Source of the DNA: Leptospiria bacterium
GTDB taxonomy: Bacteria; Spirochaetota; Leptospiria; Turneriellales; CBDBES01
DNA: 64,000 nucleotides
Assembly (NCBI GenBank): GCA_965261485.1
Contig: CBDHCY010000005.1
Location: 1,228,901-1,292,900 of the forward strand
Direction of reading: 5' to 3'
Below, in pieces: positions 27,173-39,699 of the stretch. Every line of letters starts with the position of its first letter. The stretch's first letter is position 1. The notes beneath the pieces are model-generated. The model had not been told where the DNA came from and did not search any database. It saw only the letters and a list, made by a program, of their open reading frames with translations. The position numbers and the translations under genes are program-made.

Positions 27173-28378
27173 ATGTTCCAAAGCGTCGCTAAAACAATCA
27201 TAATTATTATAGATTCTTTGGGAGCAGGCTCACTTCCAGATTCGTTTGATTATGATGACTATGATGTAAATTGTTTAACAAATATTTCTGAGTTTATAGG
27301 TGAGCTAAGTCTCCCTTATTTAGCTCAATTAGGTTTCGGAAATATTACCTATATGAAAAATATTCAACGCTACCATGAAACTCAAGCTTTTTATGGAAAA
27401 ATAAAACCATGTTCTTCGGGTAAAGAAAAATTGATTGCTTACTGGGAAATAATGGGAGTCATTACAAATATGATACCAACCACTTACACAGATGAAATTC
27501 CAAAAGATGTTTTGCATCAATTTTCGCAAGTATCTGGTCATAACTTTTTAGATGGCAAGTTTGGCAAGAGTTCCTCTATTTTAGAACAAAAATTTGATGA
27601 ACATAAAAAGACCAAAAGACCCATCATCCATGCTTCTCCGGATGGGTCAATACAAGTGCTCGCACATGAAGAGATTATCACTCCAGAAGATCTTTATAAA
27701 ATTTGTTTCACATTACGAAAAATTTGTGATCAACATAAAATTATGAGACTTATCGCCAAACCTTGTTCAGGTAAAACACAACCTAAAATTTTATTTGACA
27801 AAGAAAAAATTTTTGCAATGCCCATCCCTTACCCAGGGATGATGGATATCTTAAGTATTCAAGATATTGATATCTACTCAGTTGGTAGAGTTTCTGATTA
27901 TTTTAATGATATAGGATTTTTAGATACTTACAGAACAAACAATTATTTAGAAAGCTTAGAACAAGCTGCTTCTCTACTGAAGAAAAGAGAAAATAATCAA
28001 AATTCTCGAGAAATAATTTTAGTGGAGTATAATAATAATTATGAGGAAAATAATATAGATAAAGCTACCTCATACGCTCTTTTTCTTGAAGGCATTGATT
28101 CATATCTTCCTATCATCCAAAAAAATATGCATCTAGAAGATATTTTAATAATTATAGGAGATCAGCCTGCAGATCAAACTAAAGAGAATAAAATATTTAC
28201 AAGAGAATATATCCCTTTTTTATTTTTTTCAAAACTATTTAAACCTTATGATTCTGGAAACCTAGGGATTCGAAAAACGCTTGCAGATATTGCTCTTACA
28301 CTGGCTGATATGTATAATTTTAAATTACCACACACACAAGGGAGCAGTTTTTGGCAAAAAGTTAGCTCTCAAATTTAG
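27173..28378 (+). CDS. Phosphopentomutase (DeoB)-like metalloenzyme-superfamily protein, divergent
   Basis: 401 aa. The N-terminus IIIIDSLGAGSLPDS...LPYLAQLGFGNI and the C-terminus FTREYIPFLFF parallel DeoB (VLDSxGIG...PNLxxLGL, HTREYVPLL). Several remembered metal-ligand motifs appear substituted. Confidence 0.6.
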   Translation: MFQSVAKTIIIIIDSLGAGSLPDSFDYDDYDVNCLTNISEFIGELSLPYLAQLGFGNITYMKNIQRYHETQAFYGKIKPCSSGKEKLIAYWEIMGVITNMIPTTYTDEIPKDVLHQFSQVSGHNFLDGKFGKSSSILEQKFDEHKKTKRPIIHASPDGSIQVLAHEEIITPEDLYKICFTLRKICDQHKIMRLIAKPCSGKTQPKILFDKEKIFAMPIPYPGMMDILSIQDIDIYSVGRVSDYFNDIGFLDTYRTNNYLESLEQAASLLKKRENNQNSREIILVEYNNNYEENNIDKATSYALFLEGIDSYLPIIQKNMHLEDILIIIGDQPADQTKENKIFTREYIPFLFFSKLFKPYDSGNLGIRKTLADIALTLADMYNFKLPHTQGSSFWQKVSSQI

Positions 28379-29195
28379 ATTTAAATTTATTATTACAATT
28401 AATGATTCCCCTTTTGGAGGCAGATATAAAATTTATAAATTCATTTACTAATCGATGTGATTCTGCCTTTTCTTTTATTTGAGGTAATAAAACTTGCTTA
28501 ATTTCACTAATTACATTTTTAATATATTTATTTTCTTGATAAACTAGGTCAAAAACTTTTCTTAAAGAAGAAAGTGAGTCAGAAGTGATCCCCACTCTTT
28601 TCATACCTCGAACATTTAATGTATCAGCTAAAGCTGGATGTCCGGCAACCATTATGAAAGGTGGAACATCTTGTGTAATTTTTGAGAAACCACCAATCAT
28701 AGCAAGTTTACCAATTCGACAATGTTGGTGAATGCCAACATATGCTGAAATAAAAGCACGCTCTTCAACATGAACAAAACCAGCTAAGGAGCTACTATTA
28801 GCAATAATTACAAAATCACCTAAAACACAATCATGTGCAATGTGTGAGTAAACCATAAAATAACAACCATTACCTATCTGAGTTAAACCATCATCTTTAT
28901 TGGGACGATGAAGCGTAGAGTGCTCACGAAAAATATTATTATCTCCAATCACAACACATCCATCTTCACTATGATATTGAATATCTTGTGCTTTCTCTCC
29001 TATACTACACGCATGAAAAAATTGATTGGAGTTTCCAATTTTTGTATTACCAGTAATACGAACATGAGAACTAATATAAGAGTTATCTCCAATTTCTACC
29101 TCTGCCCCGATAATAGAATAGGGACCAATCTCAACATTAACACCAACTTTAGCCTTAGGATCGACAATTGCCGTTGGATGAACTGTCATAGACAT
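28362..29195 (-). CDS. lpxA: Acyl-ACP--UDP-N-acetylglucosamine O-acyltransferase
   Basis: 277 aa with left-handed beta-helix hexapeptide repeats from the N-terminus (VHPTAIVDPKAKVGVNVEIGPYSIIG...). The IAHDCVLGD and RGMKRVG motifs are typical of LpxA. Confidence 0.85.
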   Translation of the reverse strand: MSMTVHPTAIVDPKAKVGVNVEIGPYSIIGAEVEIGDNSYISSHVRITGNTKIGNSNQFFHACSIGEKAQDIQYHSEDGCVVIGDNNIFREHSTLHRPNKDDGLTQIGNGCYFMVYSHIAHDCVLGDFVIIANSSSLAGFVHVEERAFISAYVGIHQHCRIGKLAMIGGFSKITQDVPPFIMVAGHPALADTLNVRGMKRVGITSDSLSSLRKVFDLVYQENKYIKNVISEIKQVLLPQIKEKAESHRLVNEFINFISASKRGIINCNNKFKSKFES

Positions 29196-29208
29196 TTCAG
29201 TTTAGTTA

Positions 29209-31230
29209 TTAATTGGCGATACTTTTTTCTAAAACTTCAGCGATATCAAGCGTAACAACACTTTCATTTTTATCTTGAGCATTCACGCCATCAGTAATCA
29301 TGGTCACACAAAAAGGGCAGGCAGAAGCAATTGTTTTAGTTTCTGTAGCTAATAATTGGTTTGTTCTTTTTATATTCACCCTCTCGGTACCCTTTTCTTC
29401 CTCTTTCCACATTTGAGCTCCACCAGCACCACAACAAAGCGATTTACTATGATTATCAACAGCTTCAACAATTTTTTTACCAGTCGCTTTCTCTAATACA
29501 TTTCTAGGAGCCGAATAATTATCATTATACCTCCCTAAATAACAGGAATCATGGTATACTGCCTGAGTAAGTTTTTGTGCTTTTTCTTTATCTACTTGTA
29601 ATTTATCTTTTTGAAGAAGTTCATCAAGGAGTTCACTATGATGCGACACTTCATATTTTCCGCCTAACTGAGGGTATTCATTTTTAATAGTGTTAAAACA
29701 ATGCGGACAAGCGGTTACAATCTTTTTCACACCATAACCATCCATCGTTTCAATATTAGTCTGAGCCATCATTTGAAACAAATATTCATTACCAGCTCTT
29801 CTGGCCGAATCTCCCGTACAGTTCTCTTCAGTACCTAAGATGCCAAAATTGAGATTTGCCTTTTGCATCAGCCCAGCAAAAGACTGAACAATTTTTTTAT
29901 TTCTATCATCAAAGGCACCAGCACAACCAACCCAAAAAAGGATGTCTGGTTCCTTCCCCTCTTTCTTCCATTGTGCCATTGTTTTAATATTTAAACCTTC
30001 TGCCCATTCTTCTCTCTTGTGAGAACCAACACCCCAAGGGTTAGATTGATTCTCAATATTAGTAAGTGCACTCTGTACATCATTTGGTAAACTTCCTTCA
30101 TTGAGAACAAGTGATCGACGCATTTCAATAATTGAATCAACTTGATTATTACCTACAGGACAAGCTTCGACACAAGCATAACAGGTAGTGCAAGCCCACA
30201 AAGCCTCCGTTGAAGTGTAATTATCAATAACCCGAATCTCTGTGTCAGAGGTAATTTTTTCAGATTTTTGTTTGGCAGATTGAACTTTTGGCATTTTCTC
30301 CATTAAAGCATGCTTCAAGTCAACCATAATACTTTTAGGCGATAAAATTTTTCCTGTTTGTGAAGCAGGACACTCAAGTTGACATCGGCCACATTCAATA
30401 CAAGACAATCCATCAAGCAAACTCTTCCACGAAAAATCATTGATATTAGATGCTCCCCACAATTCAGTATTTTCTACATCTAAAAATCGAATCGCCCCTC
30501 GTGGAGTTGGTCTCGCAAAAAAATAATTAAGTGGTGCCCAAATTAAATGAGCATGTTTAGAACGAGGCACATAAATAGTTAAGCTAAATACTGTAAGAAT
30601 ATGAGCCCACCAACCTATTTTAAAAAGAAACGGAGCATAATTAACTAGATCATATGAATAATACAGTTCAACCAAAAAACTTCTAATTGGATTTAAGTTT
30701 TCTTGTGATAAAAGAATCGACTTTGCCGATTCTCCAATTAACGTAGAAATCATGAGAAGAGCAATTAATTGGATAATAATAAAACTTTGAAAAGAAGGGC
30801 GATCTAATTCGGGTGCCTTCAGTAGCCATCTTCGACAAGAAAAAAAGATCAGACCAGCAATAACTGATAGCGAGGCAATATCAAGAATATAATCATAAAC
30901 GTGTTCAATCTCAGCACCTAGCATCATTGGGATATAAAAATAATAATCACCCAAAAAACCTCCTATAAGCTGACTCGTAGTGTGAACTCCATATACAAGA
31001 AAACCATAAAAAACGAGTACATGGAAGAACCCTCGAACAGGTCTTTTAAATAATTTTTTTTGTAAAAAAACATTGAGGAATACACTTTTTAAGCGAAAAA
31101 ATAACGATGATTTAATCACTTCTGGTTGACCAAGATGGATCATCCGATAATAATTATATACGGTATAGCCCCCTAAAGCAAAAGCAACGCTAGCCATCGA
31201 TGAAAAAAGAATTATTGCAATCAAACTCAT
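29209..31230 (-). CDS. Membrane-anchored (Fe-S)-binding oxidoreductase with CCG domains (HdrD/DsrK/GlpC-like)
   Basis: 673 aa. The N-terminal multi-TM region resembles the NarI-gamma type. There are two 4Fe-4S motifs (CIECGRCQLECP, CTTCYACVEACP). The C-terminal Cys-rich CCG-type repeats include WVGCAG, CPHC, CCGAGG and CPFC. Confidence 0.8.
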   Translation of the reverse strand: MSLIAIILFSSMASVAFALGGYTVYNYYRMIHLGQPEVIKSSLFFRLKSVFLNVFLQKKLFKRPVRGFFHVLVFYGFLVYGVHTTSQLIGGFLGDYYFYIPMMLGAEIEHVYDYILDIASLSVIAGLIFFSCRRWLLKAPELDRPSFQSFIIIQLIALLMISTLIGESAKSILLSQENLNPIRSFLVELYYSYDLVNYAPFLFKIGWWAHILTVFSLTIYVPRSKHAHLIWAPLNYFFARPTPRGAIRFLDVENTELWGASNINDFSWKSLLDGLSCIECGRCQLECPASQTGKILSPKSIMVDLKHALMEKMPKVQSAKQKSEKITSDTEIRVIDNYTSTEALWACTTCYACVEACPVGNNQVDSIIEMRRSLVLNEGSLPNDVQSALTNIENQSNPWGVGSHKREEWAEGLNIKTMAQWKKEGKEPDILFWVGCAGAFDDRNKKIVQSFAGLMQKANLNFGILGTEENCTGDSARRAGNEYLFQMMAQTNIETMDGYGVKKIVTACPHCFNTIKNEYPQLGGKYEVSHHSELLDELLQKDKLQVDKEKAQKLTQAVYHDSCYLGRYNDNYSAPRNVLEKATGKKIVEAVDNHSKSLCCGAGGAQMWKEEEKGTERVNIKRTNQLLATETKTIASACPFCVTMITDGVNAQDKNESVVTLDIAEVLEKSIAN

Positions 31231-31405
31231 ATTAACGACACTCTTTTTTTCATAAATTATTAGTCAATACTTTGTTTGGTTTAAAGTAGAAATACGATTT
31301 AAAAAAAAAGACTAAACTTCATCCAAAAGTAATAGATGTTACTACAAAAACAAATTAAAGCGTCTGTTTCATGGCAGAATATCTACCCCAAATCTCAATT
31401 CAGCC

Positions 31406-33952
31406 CTATCTTTGCCCGGGGAGTAGGGCACCGTATGACGCACACGTCCTCCAATCAGTGACACCATTCGTTGTAATTGTGGGAATACACAACTTAACCG
31501 CGGGTAATTGCATGTTGCTGCCTAGGTCCCAAGCTTTTGTGTTATCAGCAGCACTATGTGAGAGACCACCGTCGGGATCGGTGTTACTTATGGCTTGTAG
31601 TTGCACTAGCGTAAGACCTGTTATACCTGATGGGTCAACTACATCCGCGGCATTACCCAATGCCCGATCGGCGACGAGCGTTTGTCCAGAGATACTTTGA
31701 GGTGCATCGGTATTCCAGTAAGACCTCATGACTGTCAAAGAAGAAAGAATTCGCCCCACCAAACCGCCAGAATAAGAAAAAGGATCTACGAAAGAAGATA
31801 CACCACTAGAACCACTAAAATAACTATTCACTATTATTGAAGAAGCTCCCAAATAACCCACCAGACCACCAGAATAAGAAGGAGCAGCAGCAGAAGAAGA
31901 AGAGACTTCACCAGAACCACTAAAATAACTATTCACTATTCTTGAATCACCAGCAGAATAACCCACCAGACCACCAGAAGCAGAATAAGAAGCAGCAGAA
32001 GAAGAAGAAGAAGAAACTCCACCAGAACCACTAAAATAACTATTCACTATTTTTGAAGCACTCGCAGAAAAACCCAGCAGACCACCTGAATAAGCATAAG
32101 AAGAAGAAGAAGAGGAGACTCCACCAGAACCACTAAAATAACTATTCACTATTATTGGAGCACTAGCAGAAGAACCCACCAGACCACCGGCAATAGTAGA
32201 AGGAGTAGTAGAAGGGGAGGAAGAGAAGGAAGATACACCACCCAATCCACTAAAATAGCTGCTAATCATCGTCAAAGAAGAAAGAGTTCGCCCCACCAAA
32301 CCGCCAGAAGAGGAAGCATAAGAAGAAGAAGAAGAAGAGACTCCACCAGAACCACTAAAATAACTATTAGTTATTGTCAAAGAAGAAGTGTTGGAAAGTC
32401 CCACTAGACCACCTGAATAAGAAAAAGAAAAAGAAGAAGAAGAGACTCCACCAGAACCACTAAAATAACATTTGATTATCCTCAAAACACCTTCAGAAGA
32501 ACCCACCAGACCACCTAAAGAAGAAGCAGCAAAAGAAGAAGAAGAGACGACTCCACCAGAACCACTAAAATAACTATTTATTATCGTCAAATCATCTTCA
32601 GAAGAACCCACCAGACCACCGGCAATAGTAGAAAGAGTAGTAGAAATAGAAGAAGCAAATACTGATCCTGAAATGATTCCCACATTGTGAATCTCTACAG
32701 ACCCTTTGACAAAACCAAATAAACCCGCATAAACATCACTTGTGGAAGAATCAATATTCACCCAAAGATTCCCAATGGTATGGTTGTTACCCTCGAAAAT
32801 GCTAGTAAATGGAGCAGATGCATCGCCAATAGGCACCCAGCTTGTGTCTTTGCCCGTGTCCGTATTAATCACCTTCACCTTCTCACCTGCATCATCAGTG
32901 TTTCCGTTGGCATTTTTATCAATGCCCTTCGGCGTCGTATCGATTTTTCCATTTCTGTTTGCATCAAGCAAACTCAAAAGATCAATATGGGCTGTTAACT
33001 CATAGCCATTGCAAACGTTGTTTGGACAACCATCAACATTACCTCTTGCTTGTTCTGCTGCCGAGCTTTTATAACTTGCACCTGCCAAATCATGACGCAT
33101 GTTATCGAGCATTTCAGCAGTATATATCTCAATCAAGCCATCACCATCATGATCGGCCTTAAAGCCTCCGCCAGAAATTTCAATACCTGAAGCATAATTA
33201 AAACTCGAATCATAAGCAAATAGCTTATAATAATAATGGGTTGAGGCTACTCTAGCCCCTGCCTCGGAATCTTTAAATGTAGTTGTATTTGAGTTATACA
33301 CCATGATTGAGCTACCAATTGAATTAGAATTTGCATAATCTTGCCCTGTTGTTGGAACATATGATATTGAATTTTCACTCCTTAAAATCAAAATTTTATA
33401 AAAATTAGCACCGATAGGGTTGCTCCAAGCTAGAGTTATGCCCTCATTATCTAAATTTAAAAACCTACTATTTATGACATTTTTGGGTGATGTGGGTGAT
33501 ATGGTACCTCCTTCAAATTCAACGCCCGAAGCATAATTAAAGCTACTGTCATAAGCAAAAATCTTATAAAAATAAGTGGCACCTTCTGTAATTTTCATGT
33601 CTGTAAAAGTTGACATCTCTGCGTGATGCACCACTTTTGAGCCACCAATCAAATCAACATTTACATAGCTTTTCCCTACCTCAGGAGTATCTGATATTGA
33701 GCTTTCACTCCTTAAAATTAAAACCTGAGAAAAATCAACATCGGTAGGGTTGCTCCAGCTTAACATTATTTCGTTTGAATTACGCCGAAAAACAAAATTT
33801 GTGATATTGCCTGGTGGGTTCTCATCTAAGATTATTGGTAATCTATCATTTGGTAGATCACTCAGATCTTTTTTAACACAAAACGCACTAAAGATGATGC
33901 AAACTAAGACTAAACCTCGGGTAACCTTAAACAATGATTTAACTACACTCAT
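31406..33952 (-). CDS. Surface lipoprotein with two FN3-like domains, DHDGDG motif and 9 GLUG-type repeats with Ser tracts (paralog L3)
   Basis: 848 aa. Signal MSVVKSLFKVTRGLVLVCIIFSAFC, two copies of the [IM]LSWSNPTD/ITLAWSNPI...YFYK[IL]FAYDSSFNYASG module, and nine GGL[VL]G modules. The C-terminus is ...CASYGALLPGQR. Confidence 0.85.
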   Translation of the reverse strand: MSVVKSLFKVTRGLVLVCIIFSAFCVKKDLSDLPNDRLPIILDENPPGNITNFVFRRNSNEIMLSWSNPTDVDFSQVLILRSESSISDTPEVGKSYVNVDLIGGSKVVHHAEMSTFTDMKITEGATYFYKIFAYDSSFNYASGVEFEGGTISPTSPKNVINSRFLNLDNEGITLAWSNPIGANFYKILILRSENSISYVPTTGQDYANSNSIGSSIMVYNSNTTTFKDSEAGARVASTHYYYKLFAYDSSFNYASGIEISGGGFKADHDGDGLIEIYTAEMLDNMRHDLAGASYKSSAAEQARGNVDGCPNNVCNGYELTAHIDLLSLLDANRNGKIDTTPKGIDKNANGNTDDAGEKVKVINTDTGKDTSWVPIGDASAPFTSIFEGNNHTIGNLWVNIDSSTSDVYAGLFGFVKGSVEIHNVGIISGSVFASSISTTLSTIAGGLVGSSEDDLTIINSYFSGSGGVVSSSSFAASSLGGLVGSSEGVLRIIKCYFSGSGGVSSSSFSFSYSGGLVGLSNTSSLTITNSYFSGSGGVSSSSSSYASSSGGLVGRTLSSLTMISSYFSGLGGVSSFSSSPSTTPSTIAGGLVGSSASAPIIVNSYFSGSGGVSSSSSSYAYSGGLLGFSASASKIVNSYFSGSGGVSSSSSSAASYSASGGLVGYSAGDSRIVNSYFSGSGEVSSSSAAAPSYSGGLVGYLGASSIIVNSYFSGSSGVSSFVDPFSYSGGLVGRILSSLTVMRSYWNTDAPQSISGQTLVADRALGNAADVVDPSGITGLTLVQLQAISNTDPDGGLSHSAADNTKAWDLGSNMQLPAVKLCIPTITTNGVTDWRTCASYGALLPGQR

Positions 33953-34001
33953 TCAAACATCTCTATCTATTATAAAATATACCTCAACTCTTCACGGAAG
34001 A

Positions 34002-34030
34002 TTATCTCATGGAAGATATATTTTGTCAAA
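34002..34030 (-). promoter_or_regulatory. Sigma-70-like promoter candidate for L3 (TTGACA-N17-GATAAT)
   Basis: On the minus strand, ttgaca (34030-34025), a 17-nt spacer, then gataat (34007-34002), about 50 nt upstream of the L3 ATG at 33952. Confidence 0.45.
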
Positions 34031-34104
34031 TATAAAAATAATAAAGTTGATCAAAAAAAATATTTTTTCATGGCAGAATATCTACCCAAAATCTCAGTTC
34101 AGCC

Positions 34105-36676
34105 CTATCTTTGCCCGGGGAGTAGGGCACCGTATGACGCACACATCGCCCAATCAGTGACACCATTCGTTCTAATTGTAGGAATACACAACTTAACCGC
34201 GGGTAATTGCGTGTTGCTGCCTAGGTCCCAAGCTTTTATGTTATCAGCAGCACTATGTGAGAGACCACCGTCGGGATCGGTGTTACTTATGGCTTGTAGT
34301 TGAACTAGCGTAAGACCCGTCGTACCTACTACCTCCACAGTACCTGATTCACCCACCAAAGCAGCTGAGTTGCTACTCTCAACATCACCCTGCGCCCGTT
34401 TTGGGTCTTGATTAGTGCCGCCAACACTTTGAGGTGCGTCGGTGTTCCAGTAAGACCTCATGACCATCAAAGGAAAAGGAGTTCGCCCCACCAAACCACC
34501 AAAATAAGAATTAGAAGGATCTATAGACAAAGATACACCACCAGAACCACTAAAATAACTATTAGTTATTGTCAAAGCATCTCCAGAATAACCTACCAGA
34601 CCACCTGAAGTAGAAGAAGAAGTAGAAGAAGAAGTAGAAGAAGAGACTCCACCCGCACCGCTAAAATAACTATTAACTATTTCTGAAGCACCAGCAGAAG
34701 AACCCACCAGACCACCTGAAGAAGAAGTAGAAGAAGAAGAAGAAGAAACCCCAGCAGAACCACTAAAATAACTATTAACTATCGTCAAAAAACTATCAGA
34801 AGAACCCACCAGACCGCCTGAATAAGAAGAAGAAGGAGAAGAAGAAGTAGAAGAAGAGACTCCACCCGCACCGCTAAAATAACTATTAACTATTATTGAA
34901 ACACTAGCAGAAGAACCCACCAGACCGCCTGAATAAGAAAAAGGAGAAGAGGAAGAAAAAACCCCAGCAGAACCACTAAAATAACTATTAATTATCGTCA
35001 AATCATCTCCAGTATAACCCACCAGACCACCTGAATAAGAAAGAGAAGAAGAAGAAGAAGAAGAGACTCCACCCGAACCACTAAAATAACTATCAACTAT
35101 CGTCAAAAAACTATCAGAAGAACCCACCAGACCGCCTGAATAAGAAGAAGAAGAAGAAGAAGAAGAGACTCCACCCATACCGCTAAAATAACATTTGATT
35201 ATCCTCAAAACACCTTCAGAAGAACCCACCAGACCACCTAAATAAGAAGCAGCAAAAGAAGAAGAAGAGACGACTCCACCAGAACCACTAAAATAACTAT
35301 TTATTATCGTCAAATCATCTTCAGAATAACCCACCAGACCACCGGCAATAGTAGAAGGAGTAGGAAATAGAAGAAGCAAATACTGATCCTGAAATGATTC
35401 CCACATTGTGAATCTCTACAGACCCTTTGACAAAACCAAATAAACCCGCATAAACATCACTTGTGGAAGAATCAATATTCACCCAAAGATTCGCTATGGT
35501 ATGGTTGTTACCCTCAAAAATGCTAGTAAATGGAGCAGATGCATCGCCAATGGGCACCCAGCTTGTGTCTTTGCCCGTGTCCGTATTAATCACCTTCACC
35601 TTCTCACCTGCATCATCAGTGTTTCCGTTGGCATTTTTATCAATGCCCTTCGGCGTCGTATCGATTTTTCCATTTCTGTTTGCATCAAGCAAACTCAAAA
35701 GATCAATATGGGCTGTTAGCTCATAGCCATTGCAAACGTTGTTTGGACAACCATCAACATTACCTCTTGCTTGTTCTGCTGTCGAGCTTTTATAACTTGC
35801 ACCTGCCAAATCATGACGCATGTTATCGAGCATTTCAGCAGTATATATCTCAATCAAGCCATCACCATCATGATCGGCCTCAGAGCCTCCGCCAGAAATT
35901 TCAATACCTGAAGCATAATTAAAATTCGAATCATAAGCAAATAGCTTATAATAATAATGGGTTGAAACTACTGTAGCTCCCCTATCTTTAAATGTAGTTG
36001 CATTTGAGTTATACACCATGGTTAAGCTACCAATTGAATTAAAATTCGCATAATCTTGCCCTCTTGTTGGAACATATGATATTGAATTTTCACTCCTTAA
36101 AATTAAAATTTTATAAAAATTAGCATCGATAGGGTTGCTCCAAGCTAGAGTTATGCCCTCATTATTTAAATTTAAAAACCTACTATTTATGACATTTTTG
36201 GGTGATATGGGTGATATGGGTGATATGGTACTTCCTTCAAATTCAACGCCCGAAGCGTAATTAAAGCTACTGTCGTAAGCAAAAATCTTATAAAAATAAG
36301 TGGCACCTTCTGTAATTTTTATGTCTGTAAAAGTTGATATCTCTGCGTGATACATCACTTTTGAACCACCAATCAAATCAACATTTACATAGCTTTTCCC
36401 TACCTCAGGAGTATCTGATATTGAGCTTTCACTCTTTAAAATTAAAACCTGAGAAAAATCAACATCAGTAGGGTTGCTCCAGCTTAATATTATTTCGTTT
36501 GAATTACGCCGAAAAACAAAATTTGTGATATTGCCTGGTGGGTTCTCATCTAAGATTATTGGTAATCTATCATTTGGTAGATTACCCAGATCTTTTTTAA
36601 CACAAGACGCACTAAAAATGATGCAAACTAAGACTAAACCTCGGGTAACCTTAAACAATGATTTAACTACACTCAT
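34105..36676 (-). pseudogene. GLUG-repeat lipoprotein paralog L4, split by a 2-bp deletion (frameshift)
   Basis: Two overlapping ORFs, 35321..36676 (N-terminal 451 aa) and 34105..35406 (C-terminal part with 9 GLUG modules), together align end to end with L3. At about 35355-35365 L4 reads ggagtaggaaat, where L3 (about 32645-32660) reads agagtagtagaaat. The frame shifts from ...ASSISTTLSTIAGGLVG to ...ASSISYSFYYCRWSGGLF-stop. Confidence 0.8.
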
Positions 36677-36724
36677 TCAAACATCTCTATCTATTATAAA
36701 ATATACTCCAACTCTTCACGGAAG

Positions 36725-36753
36725 ATTATCTCATGGAAGATATATTTTGTCAA
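36725..36753 (-). promoter_or_regulatory. Sigma-70-like promoter candidate for L4 (TTGACA-N17-GATAAT)
   Basis: Same motif pair as upstream of L3: ttgaca at 36753-36748 and gataat at 36730-36725 on the minus strand. Confidence 0.45.
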
Positions 36754-36828
36754 ATATAAAAATAATAAAATTTATCAAAAAATTTATTTTTTCATGGCAG
36801 AATATCTACCCAAAATCTCAGTTCAGCC

Positions 36829-39561
<2,733 letters not shown>

Positions 39562-39699
39562 TCAAACATCTCTATTTATTAGAAAATATACCTCAAACTC
39601 TTCATGGAAGATATATTTTGTCAAATATAAAAATAATAAAGTTGACCAAAAAAATTATTTTTTCATGGCAGAATATCTACCCAAAATCTCAGTTCAGCC

